Source: an uncultured Collinsella sp. (GTDB lineage Bacteria > Actinomycetota > Coriobacteriia > Coriobacteriales > Coriobacteriaceae). Taken from it: 64,000 nt of DNA. The notes beneath the pieces were generated by a model. The model saw only the letters and a list, made by a program, of their open reading frames with translations, was not told the DNA's origin and ran no database searches. A program made the position numbers and the translations under genes. Shown here piece after piece: positions 40,407-49,008 of this stretch. The stretch's first letter is position 1; the number at the start of each line of letters is the position of its first letter. The DNA lies in assembly GCA_958429025.1 (NCBI GenBank), contig CAUAIH010000009.1, positions 2,665-66,664 on the forward strand, read 5' to 3'.

Positions 40407-41327
40407 ATGCCCAAACGATTACTGAACATGTCCGCATCCGATTTTGCCGCCACGTCACCCATGGATCTAAAGCAGGCAATTCTGGCTTCCGAGGGACGTA
40501 CCATCATGGCGGAAAACGTACCCTCTTCCCAATTTCTCGGCGGCGTTACTAATGCAGAAATCGAACGTGCCGCAGGTGCCGACCTGCTTCTGTTTAACGC
40601 GCTCGATGTGTTCGATCCAGTTATTGCCGGTATTCCAGATGATCTCAATGAAAACCCGGTCACTTGGGTGAAGCGAGCATGCGGAAGGCCCATTGGCGTC
40701 AATCTGGAGCCAGTTGATAACGAGGCAGAGATGTCTGAATCCCGAACGGAAATCCCCATGGGTCGTCGCGTCTCTCCCAAGACCTTAGAAAAGGCTAACG
40801 AACTCGGATTTGATTTTATCTGCCTGACGGGCAACCCTGGAACCGGCGTCTCCAACGATGCAATCGCCCATTCGATTAAACTCTCCAAAGAGCATTTCAA
40901 TGGCCTGGTCATAGCCGGAAAAATGCATGGAGCGGGCGTTGCGGAACCTGTCATGACGCTCGAAATTGCGCGCAAGTTTGTTGACCTCGGCGTCGATATC
41001 CTTCTCGTGCCAGCCCCCTACACCGTCCCTTGCTTCCAAGAAGCAGACCTGCGCGCCATCGTAGACTTTGTACGATCCCACAACGTAGGCAAGTCAATTG
41101 AAGAGAAGGTTCTCGTCATGGCGGCGAACGGGACGAGTCAAGATTCCTGCGACAGCGAGACCATTAAGAAAATAGGCCTTGCAGCAAAAGCAGCCGGCGC
41201 TGACCTCCAACATATCGGGGACTCCATGAACGGTATTTGCCTGCCCCAGAATATCTTCACGCTCGGACAAGCCCTTCGTGGATACAGGCATCAGATCGTC
41301 ATGCTGAGCCGCTCTGTGATACGTTAA
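40407..41327 (+). CDS. Uncharacterised, probably TIM-barrel protein of a family found next to PTS genes
   Basis: 306-aa ORF 'KRLLNMSASDF...ASEGRT...GVNLEPV...LTGNPGTGV...AGKMHGAG...HIGD'. Family recalled from memory, not searched. Confidence 0.65.
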   Translation: MPKRLLNMSASDFAATSPMDLKQAILASEGRTIMAENVPSSQFLGGVTNAEIERAAGADLLLFNALDVFDPVIAGIPDDLNENPVTWVKRACGRPIGVNLEPVDNEAEMSESRTEIPMGRRVSPKTLEKANELGFDFICLTGNPGTGVSNDAIAHSIKLSKEHFNGLVIAGKMHGAGVAEPVMTLEIARKFVDLGVDILLVPAPYTVPCFQEADLRAIVDFVRSHNVGKSIEEKVLVMAANGTSQDSCDSETIKKIGLAAKAAGADLQHIGDSMNGICLPQNIFTLGQALRGYRHQIVMLSRSVIR

Positions 41328-41381
41328 GGTTACCTTGCCCACGTTACATCCCGACTGAGGCAACCATCAGGTATAACCAAC

Positions 41382-42119
41382 ATGCAAACTGAGGCTCTAA
41401 TGCTCGATACACACGAAAAACGGCCACTCTATTTACAGCTCACCGACGCGCTGCTCAAGCAGATCGTCGATGAATATCAAGCAGACGATAAACTTCCAAC
41501 AGAAATGGAACTCTGCGATGAATACGCCGTAAGCAGAACAACCGTCCGACTTGCCATGAGTGAGCTGGAGCGTCGTGGAAGTATCTATCGAATCCAAGGT
41601 AAGGGATCGTTTGTTGCACCGAAACGCGTTAGCGAGCTCAATTCACTTTTAGACTTTGACTTTGCAAGCCATTGCGATGGCGTTGATCCGGATGCCATCA
41701 CCAAACATTTCGGCGACCTCACATCAGGTCGTCCAATTTCCGTAATGATGCTCCAACAATTTGGATGTCAAAGTCGCGATGAAATTCAGCGTCTTGAATT
41801 GACCTACGAACTTGAAGGCAGCTTCATAGGCGCTGATACGTTCTTCATTTCAAAGTCGCGCGTTCCGAATAACCAGTTAGATTTTCAGGCATTTAGCAGA
41901 ATCATGGACGACTTGTCCAAGTCTATCCAATCTGTTAGGGAAAGCTATAGAGCACGTCAGCTTAGCGATTCCGAAGCCAGTAATTATGGTGTTGCAAAAC
42001 TTCCGGTCATCGAACTGACTCATTATGCTTACGACTCCGGAGGCAAACTAATCTCAATTGTCTGCCGTACCGTCTTAACTGGGCGAATCCCTTATCAAAA
42101 CTTTATTTTCAAGTCCTAA
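41382..42119 (+). CDS. GntR-family regulator (HutC/UTRA-like)
   Basis: 'PLYLQL...[42 protein letters not shown]'. Confidence 0.9.
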   Translation: MQTEALMLDTHEKRPLYLQLTDALLKQIVDEYQADDKLPTEMELCDEYAVSRTTVRLAMSELERRGSIYRIQGKGSFVAPKRVSELNSLLDFDFASHCDGVDPDAITKHFGDLTSGRPISVMMLQQFGCQSRDEIQRLELTYELEGSFIGADTFFISKSRVPNNQLDFQAFSRIMDDLSKSIQSVRESYRARQLSDSEASNYGVAKLPVIELTHYAYDSGGKLISIVCRTVLTGRIPYQNFIFKS

Positions 42120-42131
42120 TGTTCTTTTTCT

Positions 42132-42274
42132 TTTGTCTCGATCTGTAACACGTAGCCGAGTTTTTAAGTCCTAGCTGTTACAGGTCGAGACAAACGGAAT
42201 AGGCCGAGCCAACAATCTCAACCTGTAACATCTGGCTCGCTTTTGGCCGCCTAGATGTCACAGGTTGAGACGAT
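42132..42274. repeat. TGTAACA-N25-TGTTACA palindromic repeat array D (2 units)
   Basis: Two units of the same family. Confidence 0.88.
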
Positions 42275-42390
42275 TTGATAGTGGAGTCCTCATTTTCGCG
42301 TCATATCGCGTAGCGCTGACGCGCTGGTTCCCACAATGACAGGAGGTAAAAGTCCTCCCGCATCGCCTGTTGGCAATCCCGTAGCGATAG

Positions 42391-43155
42391 CTAGCAGATG
42401 ACCTGCGTGTGTTCCTCGATGGCGGCGCGATCCTCGGCGGCGATACTCGGCTCGCACACCACGGCGTCCAAACTGTCCAGGCGGCAGAAGGTGTAGAAGT
42501 CGCGCTTGCCGATCTTGCTGGAGTCGGCGATCAGATAGCGCGAGTCCGCTTTGCTAAAAGCGAGCTGTTGGATACGGCCCTCATCCATATTGGACGTAGA
42601 CACGTCGCCATCCAGAATGCCGTTGGCACCGATAAACGCCGCGTCGATGCCCAGCGCACGCAGGGTATCCTCGGCCGTTGGCCCCACAAAAGCGGCGGTG
42701 CGGCGACGGTACATACCGCCCACGAGACACAGGTCGCAGTCTTCGCGTGCCTCAAGCAGGTTAAACACCGAAAGCGAATTAGTCACAATGCGCAGGCGAA
42801 ACGCCGGCAGCATCGAGGCCATCTGCTCCACCGTAGTGCCCGTGCCCAAAAAGATGGTCGAGCCTTCCTCGATAAGCTCCACAGCACGGCGCGCAATCTG
42901 CAGCTTTTCCTCGGCATGCTTGGTGCGCTTTTCGCTGTGCGAATACTCATGGCGCAACATAGCGTGCGGACGACCCTGCGCACTACGGGCTCCGCCGTGC
43001 ACGCGCTCGATCTCGCCCAGGCTTGCAAGCTCCTCAAGATCGCGGCGGATCGTCATATCCGAGACGCCCAGTGCATCCGAAATCTCCTTGACCGAGACCG
43101 TTCCCTGTTCCTCGAGCAGCTGCCGAACCTTATCCTGTCGCTCCGCTTTAATCAC
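42391..43155 (-). CDS. lacR: DeoR-family regulator, LacR-like
   Basis: 'VSDMTIRRDLEEL...IERVHGGA', 'IFLGTGTT'. GTG start at 43155 after GAGGA. Confidence 0.8.
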   Translation of the reverse strand: MIKAERQDKVRQLLEEQGTVSVKEISDALGVSDMTIRRDLEELASLGEIERVHGGARSAQGRPHAMLRHEYSHSEKRTKHAEEKLQIARRAVELIEEGSTIFLGTGTTVEQMASMLPAFRLRIVTNSLSVFNLLEAREDCDLCLVGGMYRRRTAAFVGPTAEDTLRALGIDAAFIGANGILDGDVSTSNMDEGRIQQLAFSKADSRYLIADSSKIGKRDFYTFCRLDSLDAVVCEPSIAAEDRAAIEEHTQVIC

Positions 43156-43360
43156 GATGAGTCCTCGCTGTTCCACGCTCACGTCAATTCAAACAATAAC
43201 GAACAAATTGTATCAGACTCGCGCGCGTCAGAAATGAACCCCCGCACAGCTCCAATCATCACTTTTTTGAGAAAAATACCCCCTGCTTTAGTGGGGTGTA
43301 GTGATAATCTCGCCTGTTCGCGCTACAGTTTGTCGGAAATACCTCGATGTTAGGAACCAA

Positions 43361-44413
43361 ATGATCACTTCCGAGCTTTTCGGCACCGCGCCGTGCGGTA
43401 CCCCCGTTCATCGTTACACCCTCAACGGGCCCGAGATCTGCGTTCGCATTATGGACTATGGCGCCACCGTGCTGGGTATCGATGTGCCCGACATTCCCGG
43501 CAACGTGCGCGATGTGGTTCTGGGCTTCGATAAGCTCGAGGATTACTTTGACAACCCCGCCTGCTTTGGCGCAACCATCGGCCCTGTGGCCAACCGCACT
43601 GCAGGTGCCACGATCACTATCGCTGGCACGGACTGGCATATGCCGGCCAACGAAGGCGCCAACAACCTGCACAGCGACCTTGAGCACGGCCTGCACAAGC
43701 GCGTATGGGATGTTGAACTCGACGAGGTCCACAACGCCGTGCGCATGGCCACCTCACTTGAGGATGGCGAACTGGGTCTCCCCGGCAACCGCACCTTTAC
43801 GGCCGTGTTTACCGTGACGCGCACCGGCGTCTTTCGTGTCGAGTATGGCTGCGAGAGCGACCGCGCCACCTACGTGTCCATGACCAACCACACGTACTTT
43901 AACCTTGCCGGCCATAACGCCGGCATGGACTGCGAGCACTTCTTTGTTGCTAACGCAGCCCACTACCTCCCCATTAACGACCAGAATATCCCCACCGGCG
44001 AGATCGCTCCGGTCGAAGGCACGCCGTTTGACTTTCGCGAGCTGCGTCCCATCGCGCCTGGCATGGAGGCCGACGACCCGCAGATTAAGCAGGCCCGTGG
44101 CTACGACCACTGCCTGTGCATCGATGGCTATCAGTACGGTCGCAACCTGCGCCGCGCGATGCATGTCGAGGAGATGTGGACCGGTCGCGAGCTGGACTAC
44201 TACACCACCGCCCCGGGTGTGCAGCTCTACACCGGCAACTGGCTGGGCGACGAGCACGCCAAGGACGATGCCAACTATGGCTGGGGCGCCGGCTTTGCCC
44301 TCGAGGCAGAGATGTACCCCGACACGCCGCACCAGCCGCTGTTCCCGCAGGGCATTGTGGGCCCGGGTCACCCCTACAGCAATGTGATCGAATACCACTT
44401 TATGAGGCACTAA
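43361..44413 (+). CDS. galM: Aldose 1-epimerase (galactose mutarotase)
   Basis: 'DVVLGF', 'GATIGPVANR', 'NNLHS', 'TNHTYFNL', 'GYDHC', 'PGVQLYTGN'. Confidence 0.92.
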   Translation: MITSELFGTAPCGTPVHRYTLNGPEICVRIMDYGATVLGIDVPDIPGNVRDVVLGFDKLEDYFDNPACFGATIGPVANRTAGATITIAGTDWHMPANEGANNLHSDLEHGLHKRVWDVELDEVHNAVRMATSLEDGELGLPGNRTFTAVFTVTRTGVFRVEYGCESDRATYVSMTNHTYFNLAGHNAGMDCEHFFVANAAHYLPINDQNIPTGEIAPVEGTPFDFRELRPIAPGMEADDPQIKQARGYDHCLCIDGYQYGRNLRRAMHVEEMWTGRELDYYTTAPGVQLYTGNWLGDEHAKDDANYGWGAGFALEAEMYPDTPHQPLFPQGIVGPGHPYSNVIEYHFMRH

Positions 44414-44519
44414 GCCCATAATGCAACATATCGCACAGCAACGCCCGCCGGCACACCGCCGACGGGCGTTTTTCATCTTTTGGGCTCTTTTTTCGCTGTA
44501 ACTGTATGAGTGACATATC

Positions 44520-44671
44520 AAAACTATGCCCATTTACTACGTTTAGCCCGGGATGCTCGACCATGCACCGGTTTTTGTTAAATGCGCGTGCCGTCTACCT
44601 GCGGTTTTGTTTTTCTCAAATTCGACATGCTCGGCGATAACCGATCAAACGTAGTAAATGGGCATAGTTTT
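44520..44671. repeat. Inverted-repeat element (perfect 25-bp arms) with central ACCTGCGGTTTT
   Basis: AAAACTATGCCCATTTACTACGTTT (44520-44544) and its reverse complement (44647-44671). Confidence 0.85.
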
Positions 44672-44738
44672 TGACAGGCGGCATCGCGCGCGTCCCTCGC
44701 AAGGGCAAAATGATCCGTTTTCCTCCGTCCCCAAGGGA

Positions 44739-45221
44739 TCAGTTGAACAGATTGTCGATGGGATCGGGGGCGGAACTGGGGAGATAGCGGATTTCTAGCT
44801 CTATGCCGAGTTCTTGCAGCTCTTTGAAGGCGGCGATGTCCATATCGTCTACGGCAACGGCAGGCATTGCAGAGCGTTTGCCCTCCCCTGCCTGCATATG
44901 GCCAATGCTGATCTTGGTGATCGGCACACCGCCCTTAGCCAGCGCGAGCGCATCGGCGGGTGAGGCCACCATGACCAGAATCCATTGACGCGGCGTTGCG
45001 GTATGAATGATGTCGATAGTCCTTTGCACCGAGAAAAAGCGCGTCCAAACGCCTTCTGGCGCCGCCACCCTCATGGGCGCCCATTGGCGCGAATCTGCCG
45101 CGATCTCATCGTTGGCGATTAGGACGAGGTTGGAACCCACGGCTTCGTTCCATAGCTCAACGTCTTGCCCGTAAATGAAACGGTCGTCGATACGCGTGAG
45201 AAGGATCTTGGGTTGAGCCAT
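44739..45221 (-). CDS. Orphan mannose-family PTS EIIB paralog lacking the phospho-acceptor His
   Basis: Collinear with 54457..54939, but reads 'RIDDRFIYGQ' instead of 'RIDNRLVHGQ'. Confidence 0.85.
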   Translation of the reverse strand: MAQPKILLTRIDDRFIYGQDVELWNEAVGSNLVLIANDEIAADSRQWAPMRVAAPEGVWTRFFSVQRTIDIIHTATPRQWILVMVASPADALALAKGGVPITKISIGHMQAGEGKRSAMPAVAVDDMDIAAFKELQELGIELEIRYLPSSAPDPIDNLFN

Positions 45222-45378
45222 CGCTGCCCCATTCTGTTTGAGACCCGTAAGAGCAAGACATCGCGCCTCTAATATTAGTGCATTTAAAGTGAGAAAAGCC
45301 GTCAGAACACTTGCGCGGATTTGCGATGTCCCGTATCATAGACAGCCGTTGACGCCTCAGTTGCGCCATCACATGGCC

Positions 45379-45454
45379 GCCAGCGTAGCTCAGTTGGTAG
45401 AGCACCGCTCTCGTAAAGCGGGGGTCACCGGTTCGAGCCCGGTCGCTGGCTCCA
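45379..45454 (+). tRNA. tRNA-Thr(CGT)
   Basis: 76 nt. Acceptor stem GCCAGCG/CGCTGGC, D arm GCTC..GAGC, anticodon arm CCGCT-CTCGTAA-AGCGG, GGTTCGAG T loop, encoded CCA. Confidence 0.96.
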
Positions 45455-45465
45455 TTGCACAAGAT

Positions 45466-45488
45466 AGCCGCCTTCGGGCGGCTTTTTT
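45466..45488 (+). terminator. Intrinsic terminator after the tRNA
   Basis: AGCCGCC-TTCG-GGCGGCT followed by a T-run. Confidence 0.85.
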
Positions 45489-45650
45489 GTTGCCGATTTC
45501 GGGCGCGCATCCGCCAATCCAAGCACAACGCCGCCGGCAACTCCCCTACTCAACAACAAGCCCCGCCAGCCGCAATCCCCAAGGGGACCGCGATCAGCGG
45601 GGCTCAAACGCGTTCCCCAAGGGGAATCACGCTAGCTCACGAGCAGTTCG

Positions 45651-46118
45651 TTACTCTTCCCAGTAAGCGTCTGCAAGCAGCTTAAAGCAGATCTTCTTGA
45701 CCGGCTGCGCGCCATCGCCCGGGAACTCGAGCGTGGGCATGTGAGGCTCGCCGGCAACAAACAGCGCGAACTTGTCGTCAGCAAGGTCGCCGGCGATCGA
45801 AGCGTCGGAATCGACCAGATCGTAGTCGTCCTTCTCGTCAAACTCCTGAACCAGTGTCAGGCTACCCGTAGCGACCTTAAAGGCCTCGCGGCCCTCGACG
45901 TCGATCTGCAGATCATGATAGCGCTGATGCGTCTCATAGTGAGCCTCGGGACGCGTCGTGGGCGCCATGACGTTCGCAAAGACCTTGTCGCCCAGAATCG
46001 GATGGCTGCCGACCTCGAGCTGCGCCGGGTCGTTCTCCTCGAGCCAGTCGATCAGCACGTCGAGGCCCTTGAGCATTCCGCGATACTCCTCGATATCGCC
46101 CAATGCACCGTAAATCAT
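45651..46118 (-). CDS. YhcH/YjgK/YiaL-family protein
   Basis: 'YETHQRYHDLQ', 'FALFVAGEPHMP', 'VKKICFK'. Confidence 0.88.
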   Translation of the reverse strand: MIYGALGDIEEYRGMLKGLDVLIDWLEENDPAQLEVGSHPILGDKVFANVMAPTTRPEAHYETHQRYHDLQIDVEGREAFKVATGSLTLVQEFDEKDDYDLVDSDASIAGDLADDKFALFVAGEPHMPTLEFPGDGAQPVKKICFKLLADAYWEE

Positions 46119-46150
46119 CTAAATCCCCTCTCGGATCGCTTCTTTGGCGG

Positions 46151-46282
46151 CTACTCGGCAAACGCGTTACCGACGCTGTTGCCACCCACATACGCCTCGA
46201 CCAGGGTAAGGTCGGGATTGAACACGACAAACTCGGCGTCGCGCCCCAGCATAATGCTACCGCACTTGTCGTCGACATGAGC
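46151..46282 (-). pseudogene. nagA: 3'-end remnant of nagA (diverged duplicate)
   Basis: Manual translation AHVDDKCGSIMLGRDAEFVVFNPDLTLVEAYVGGNSVGNAFAE* versus the nagA C-terminus AHIEDKCGSIMPGRDADFVVFDHELTLVETYVGGQSVGNAFTE*. Confidence 0.9.
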
Positions 46283-46315
46283 TAGCAAGCAATGCCGGGG
46301 CCGACGCCCAGGCTT

Positions 46316-47251
46316 TTACAGCTCGGTCACGACAACGCCGTTGTAGACCTCGTCCCAACGGTCCATGACCAGATGGCCGGTCATGGGATCCATAGCGTTG
46401 AGCTTACCGCAGGTGTTGGCGGTACGCAGCACGGTTTCGTCGTCTGCGCCAGCAGCGATGGCATGTGCGAAGCCTGCGATGGTGGAGTCACCAGAGCCCG
46501 TGGCGTTAACGGCAGGGATATCGGGCGTCTTTGCGCGGAACGCACGGCCATTGTGGAAGCCCACGGAACCGGCGGCACCCATGGACACGACGACCCAAGG
46601 GATATCGGAGAAGCGGGCGTCAGAGGCGAGTGCGGTGCGGAGCTCGTCCACATCGTCGGTGGTAAAGCTCGTGCCCAGAAGGCCGTTAATCTCGGTCAGG
46701 TTAGGCTTGACCAGCTCGGGCTTAATTTCGGACTTAAGAGCGGCCTCGAGCGAAGCACCCGAGGTATCGAGCAGCACCTTGGCGCCGGCGTTCTCGGCAA
46801 TACCCGTGATCTTGGCGTAGTAGTCTGCCTCGACACCGCGGGGCAGCGAACCCGAAATGGTGACGACGTCGGCCTTGCCTGCAAGCTCGGCGAACTTTGC
46901 AGTAAAGGCATCGAGCTCCTCGGGGGCAATCGTCGGGCCGCTCTCGAGCAGCTCGGTCTGGTTGCCGGCATGAAGGATATTGAGGCAGATGCGGGTCTCG
47001 CCCTTGATGGGCACAAAGTCGTTGTTAATACCGTTGGCGTCCATGAGCTCTTCCATATAGGCGCCCATATGACCACCAAGCAGGCCGGTTGCCACAACGT
47101 CGTCGCCCAGCTGGCCCAGGACGCGGGCAACGTTAAGGCCCTTGCCGCCGGCGGTCTTTTCGGGTGTCACGCGGTTGACGTCGTCGATGACGAGTTCATC
47201 GAGCTGATAGCGCGTATCGACAGACGGGTTCATCGTAACGGTGAGGATCAT
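46316..47251 (-). CDS. lacC: Tagatose-6-phosphate kinase family (copy 2)
   Basis: Same length (311 aa) and highly similar to 16855..17790. Confidence 0.88.
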   Translation of the reverse strand: MILTVTMNPSVDTRYQLDELVIDDVNRVTPEKTAGGKGLNVARVLGQLGDDVVATGLLGGHMGAYMEELMDANGINNDFVPIKGETRICLNILHAGNQTELLESGPTIAPEELDAFTAKFAELAGKADVVTISGSLPRGVEADYYAKITGIAENAGAKVLLDTSGASLEAALKSEIKPELVKPNLTEINGLLGTSFTTDDVDELRTALASDARFSDIPWVVVSMGAAGSVGFHNGRAFRAKTPDIPAVNATGSGDSTIAGFAHAIAAGADDETVLRTANTCGKLNAMDPMTGHLVMDRWDEVYNGVVVTEL

Positions 47252-47310
47252 TTTTAGCTCCTTATCTCGCAGGCTCCTTGTGCCTCGCGATACGAGTCGA
47301 CAAAACGGAA

Positions 47311-48192
47311 TTACAGAATCTCAATTGTGAACGAGCGCACGATGGTTTCTTTGGGCTTGGCGATAAGGCAGCCGCGCTTGTGCTCAAGCACGTCATCCTC
47401 ATCGGAACAGGTCGAGAGGCCGCCCCAGGGTTCAACTGCCACAAAATCACCCTCGGGCTTGCTCCACACAATGAGGTACGGGAAGCCCTCAAAGCTCAGG
47501 CGAACGCCCTTGTCCTCGCCCTTTTTGGAAAGCGTGACCTGACGGCTCTCGAGCACGTCAAAGATGGTCTCCGCAAAATCGAAGAGCTCATGCGACAAAG
47601 GCAGCGTCTTTCCCACCATGGGGTTCTTGGAGCGGTTTGCCACGTCAATCAATCCGGTCGAGGGTACGGCGGTGCAAAGCTCCGCAACCTCGTCTTTCTC
47701 AAAACGCAACTCGTAGTCCGTATAGGACTCACCCTCGTCGAGCGGACACCTAAAGCCGGGGTGTCCACCGATAAAGAACGGCATGTCCTCGGTGCCCTCG
47801 TTGGTAACCTCATAGGAGACACGCACGGCAGCGTCCTCGAGCGTATAACGAGCGACAAGCTTAAACGGGTAGGGATAATCGCTCAGCAGCGTGGCGTTAT
47901 CCTCCGAAGCCAGGCACATCGCCAGCTCGTTCTCGCCTTGGCTCAGCAGCTTCCACTCCTGCTTGCGCGCAAACCCGTGGCGAGCGAGCTTTACATGATG
48001 CCCGGCAAACGTCATGGCACTGTTGTCGCGCAAGCCTCCGCAAATCGGGAAGCAAATCGGTGCCTGGCCGGACCACACGGCGGGATCGCCCTGCCACAAG
48101 TACTCGCGACCTCCAGCCTCAATCGAAGTAAACGAGCCGCCGGCCGTGGAGACCTTGATAGAAATCGAATCGTTGGAGAGAGCGTATTCCAT
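47311..48192 (-). CDS. lacX: Aldose 1-epimerase family, LacX-like (copy 2)
   Basis: Same length (293 aa) and highly similar to 17844..18725. Start MEYALS at 48192. Confidence 0.88.
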   Translation of the reverse strand: MEYALSNDSISIKVSTAGGSFTSIEAGGREYLWQGDPAVWSGQAPICFPICGGLRDNSAMTFAGHHVKLARHGFARKQEWKLLSQGENELAMCLASEDNATLLSDYPYPFKLVARYTLEDAAVRVSYEVTNEGTEDMPFFIGGHPGFRCPLDEGESYTDYELRFEKDEVAELCTAVPSTGLIDVANRSKNPMVGKTLPLSHELFDFAETIFDVLESRQVTLSKKGEDKGVRLSFEGFPYLIVWSKPEGDFVAVEPWGGLSTCSDEDDVLEHKRGCLIAKPKETIVRSFTIEIL

Positions 48193-48348
48193 TGTCCATC
48201 CTTTCGAACAACTGCTTTTTGCTCGCAAGAACCCGTCTCGGCCCTGACCAAAGGACAAACCCGCACGTTCATCGATGCGTCCGGTTTCCCAGGCATGCAA
48301 CGGGGTACCATACAGACATTGATGCAATTACAGCTGAAAGGCCTTCTT

Positions 48349-48933
48349 ATGCGAACCATCATCCTTTATGCCTCACGCCACCACGGCAATACGAAAAAGC
48401 TCGTGGACGCCATCGTCGAGGCTCACCCCGAAATCGATACCCTCGACGTGAAGTCACTCGGTAAAAACGAGTACCCCGACCTGCACGAATACCATCTGAT
48501 CGGTGTCGCCACGGGCATCTATTACTCCGAGATCGACAAAGATATGGCGCGCGTGCTCACGAACGTGCTGCAGCCGCAGGACAAGGTGTTTGGCCTTATG
48601 ACCTACGGTGGCAAAAACAAGTGGTACGGCAAGGATATCGATGGCATCTGCCGCATGAGGCAGGCCATCTTTATGGGTGTCTACGGCTGCCCCGGATTTG
48701 ACACGTGGGGTCCGTTCAAGATTACCGGCGGCGTCCAGAAGGGACACCCGACCGCTGAGGAAATTAAGGGCGCCGTCGACTTCTTCGACAAGATCGAAGA
48801 CGAGTATGGCGACATCATCGTCGAAGAGTACGCCAAGCGCGAGAAGCGTCTAGCATACGAAAAGGAGCATCCCGCGGGGGGTCTTGTGGCCGGCGTCAAG
48901 CGCACGGCAAAGAAGATCGCTAACAAGCTGTAA
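48349..48933 (+). CDS. Flavodoxin-family protein
   Basis: 'IILYASRHHGNTKKL', 'GFDTWGPFK..GG..KGHP'. ATG 48349 after GAAAGG. Confidence 0.85.
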   Translation: MRTIILYASRHHGNTKKLVDAIVEAHPEIDTLDVKSLGKNEYPDLHEYHLIGVATGIYYSEIDKDMARVLTNVLQPQDKVFGLMTYGGKNKWYGKDIDGICRMRQAIFMGVYGCPGFDTWGPFKITGGVQKGHPTAEEIKGAVDFFDKIEDEYGDIIVEEYAKREKRLAYEKEHPAGGLVAGVKRTAKKIANKL

Positions 48934-49008
48934 CTGTTAAGGTGCTTTTGAGCGTTTAACCCATACGGCGGGTCCGAGCAGATTCGGGCCCGCCGTCTTT
49001 TTCTATCG

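Noticed and set aside
45379..45650. tRNA-Thr as the integration site of an island
   Set aside because: No integrase nearby and no duplicated tRNA 3' end was found in the window.
47278..48348. N-terminal 357 aa of the 551-aa ORF as a flavodoxin fusion
   Set aside because: It overlaps lacX2 on the opposite strand. The real gene starts at 48349 with its own RBS.
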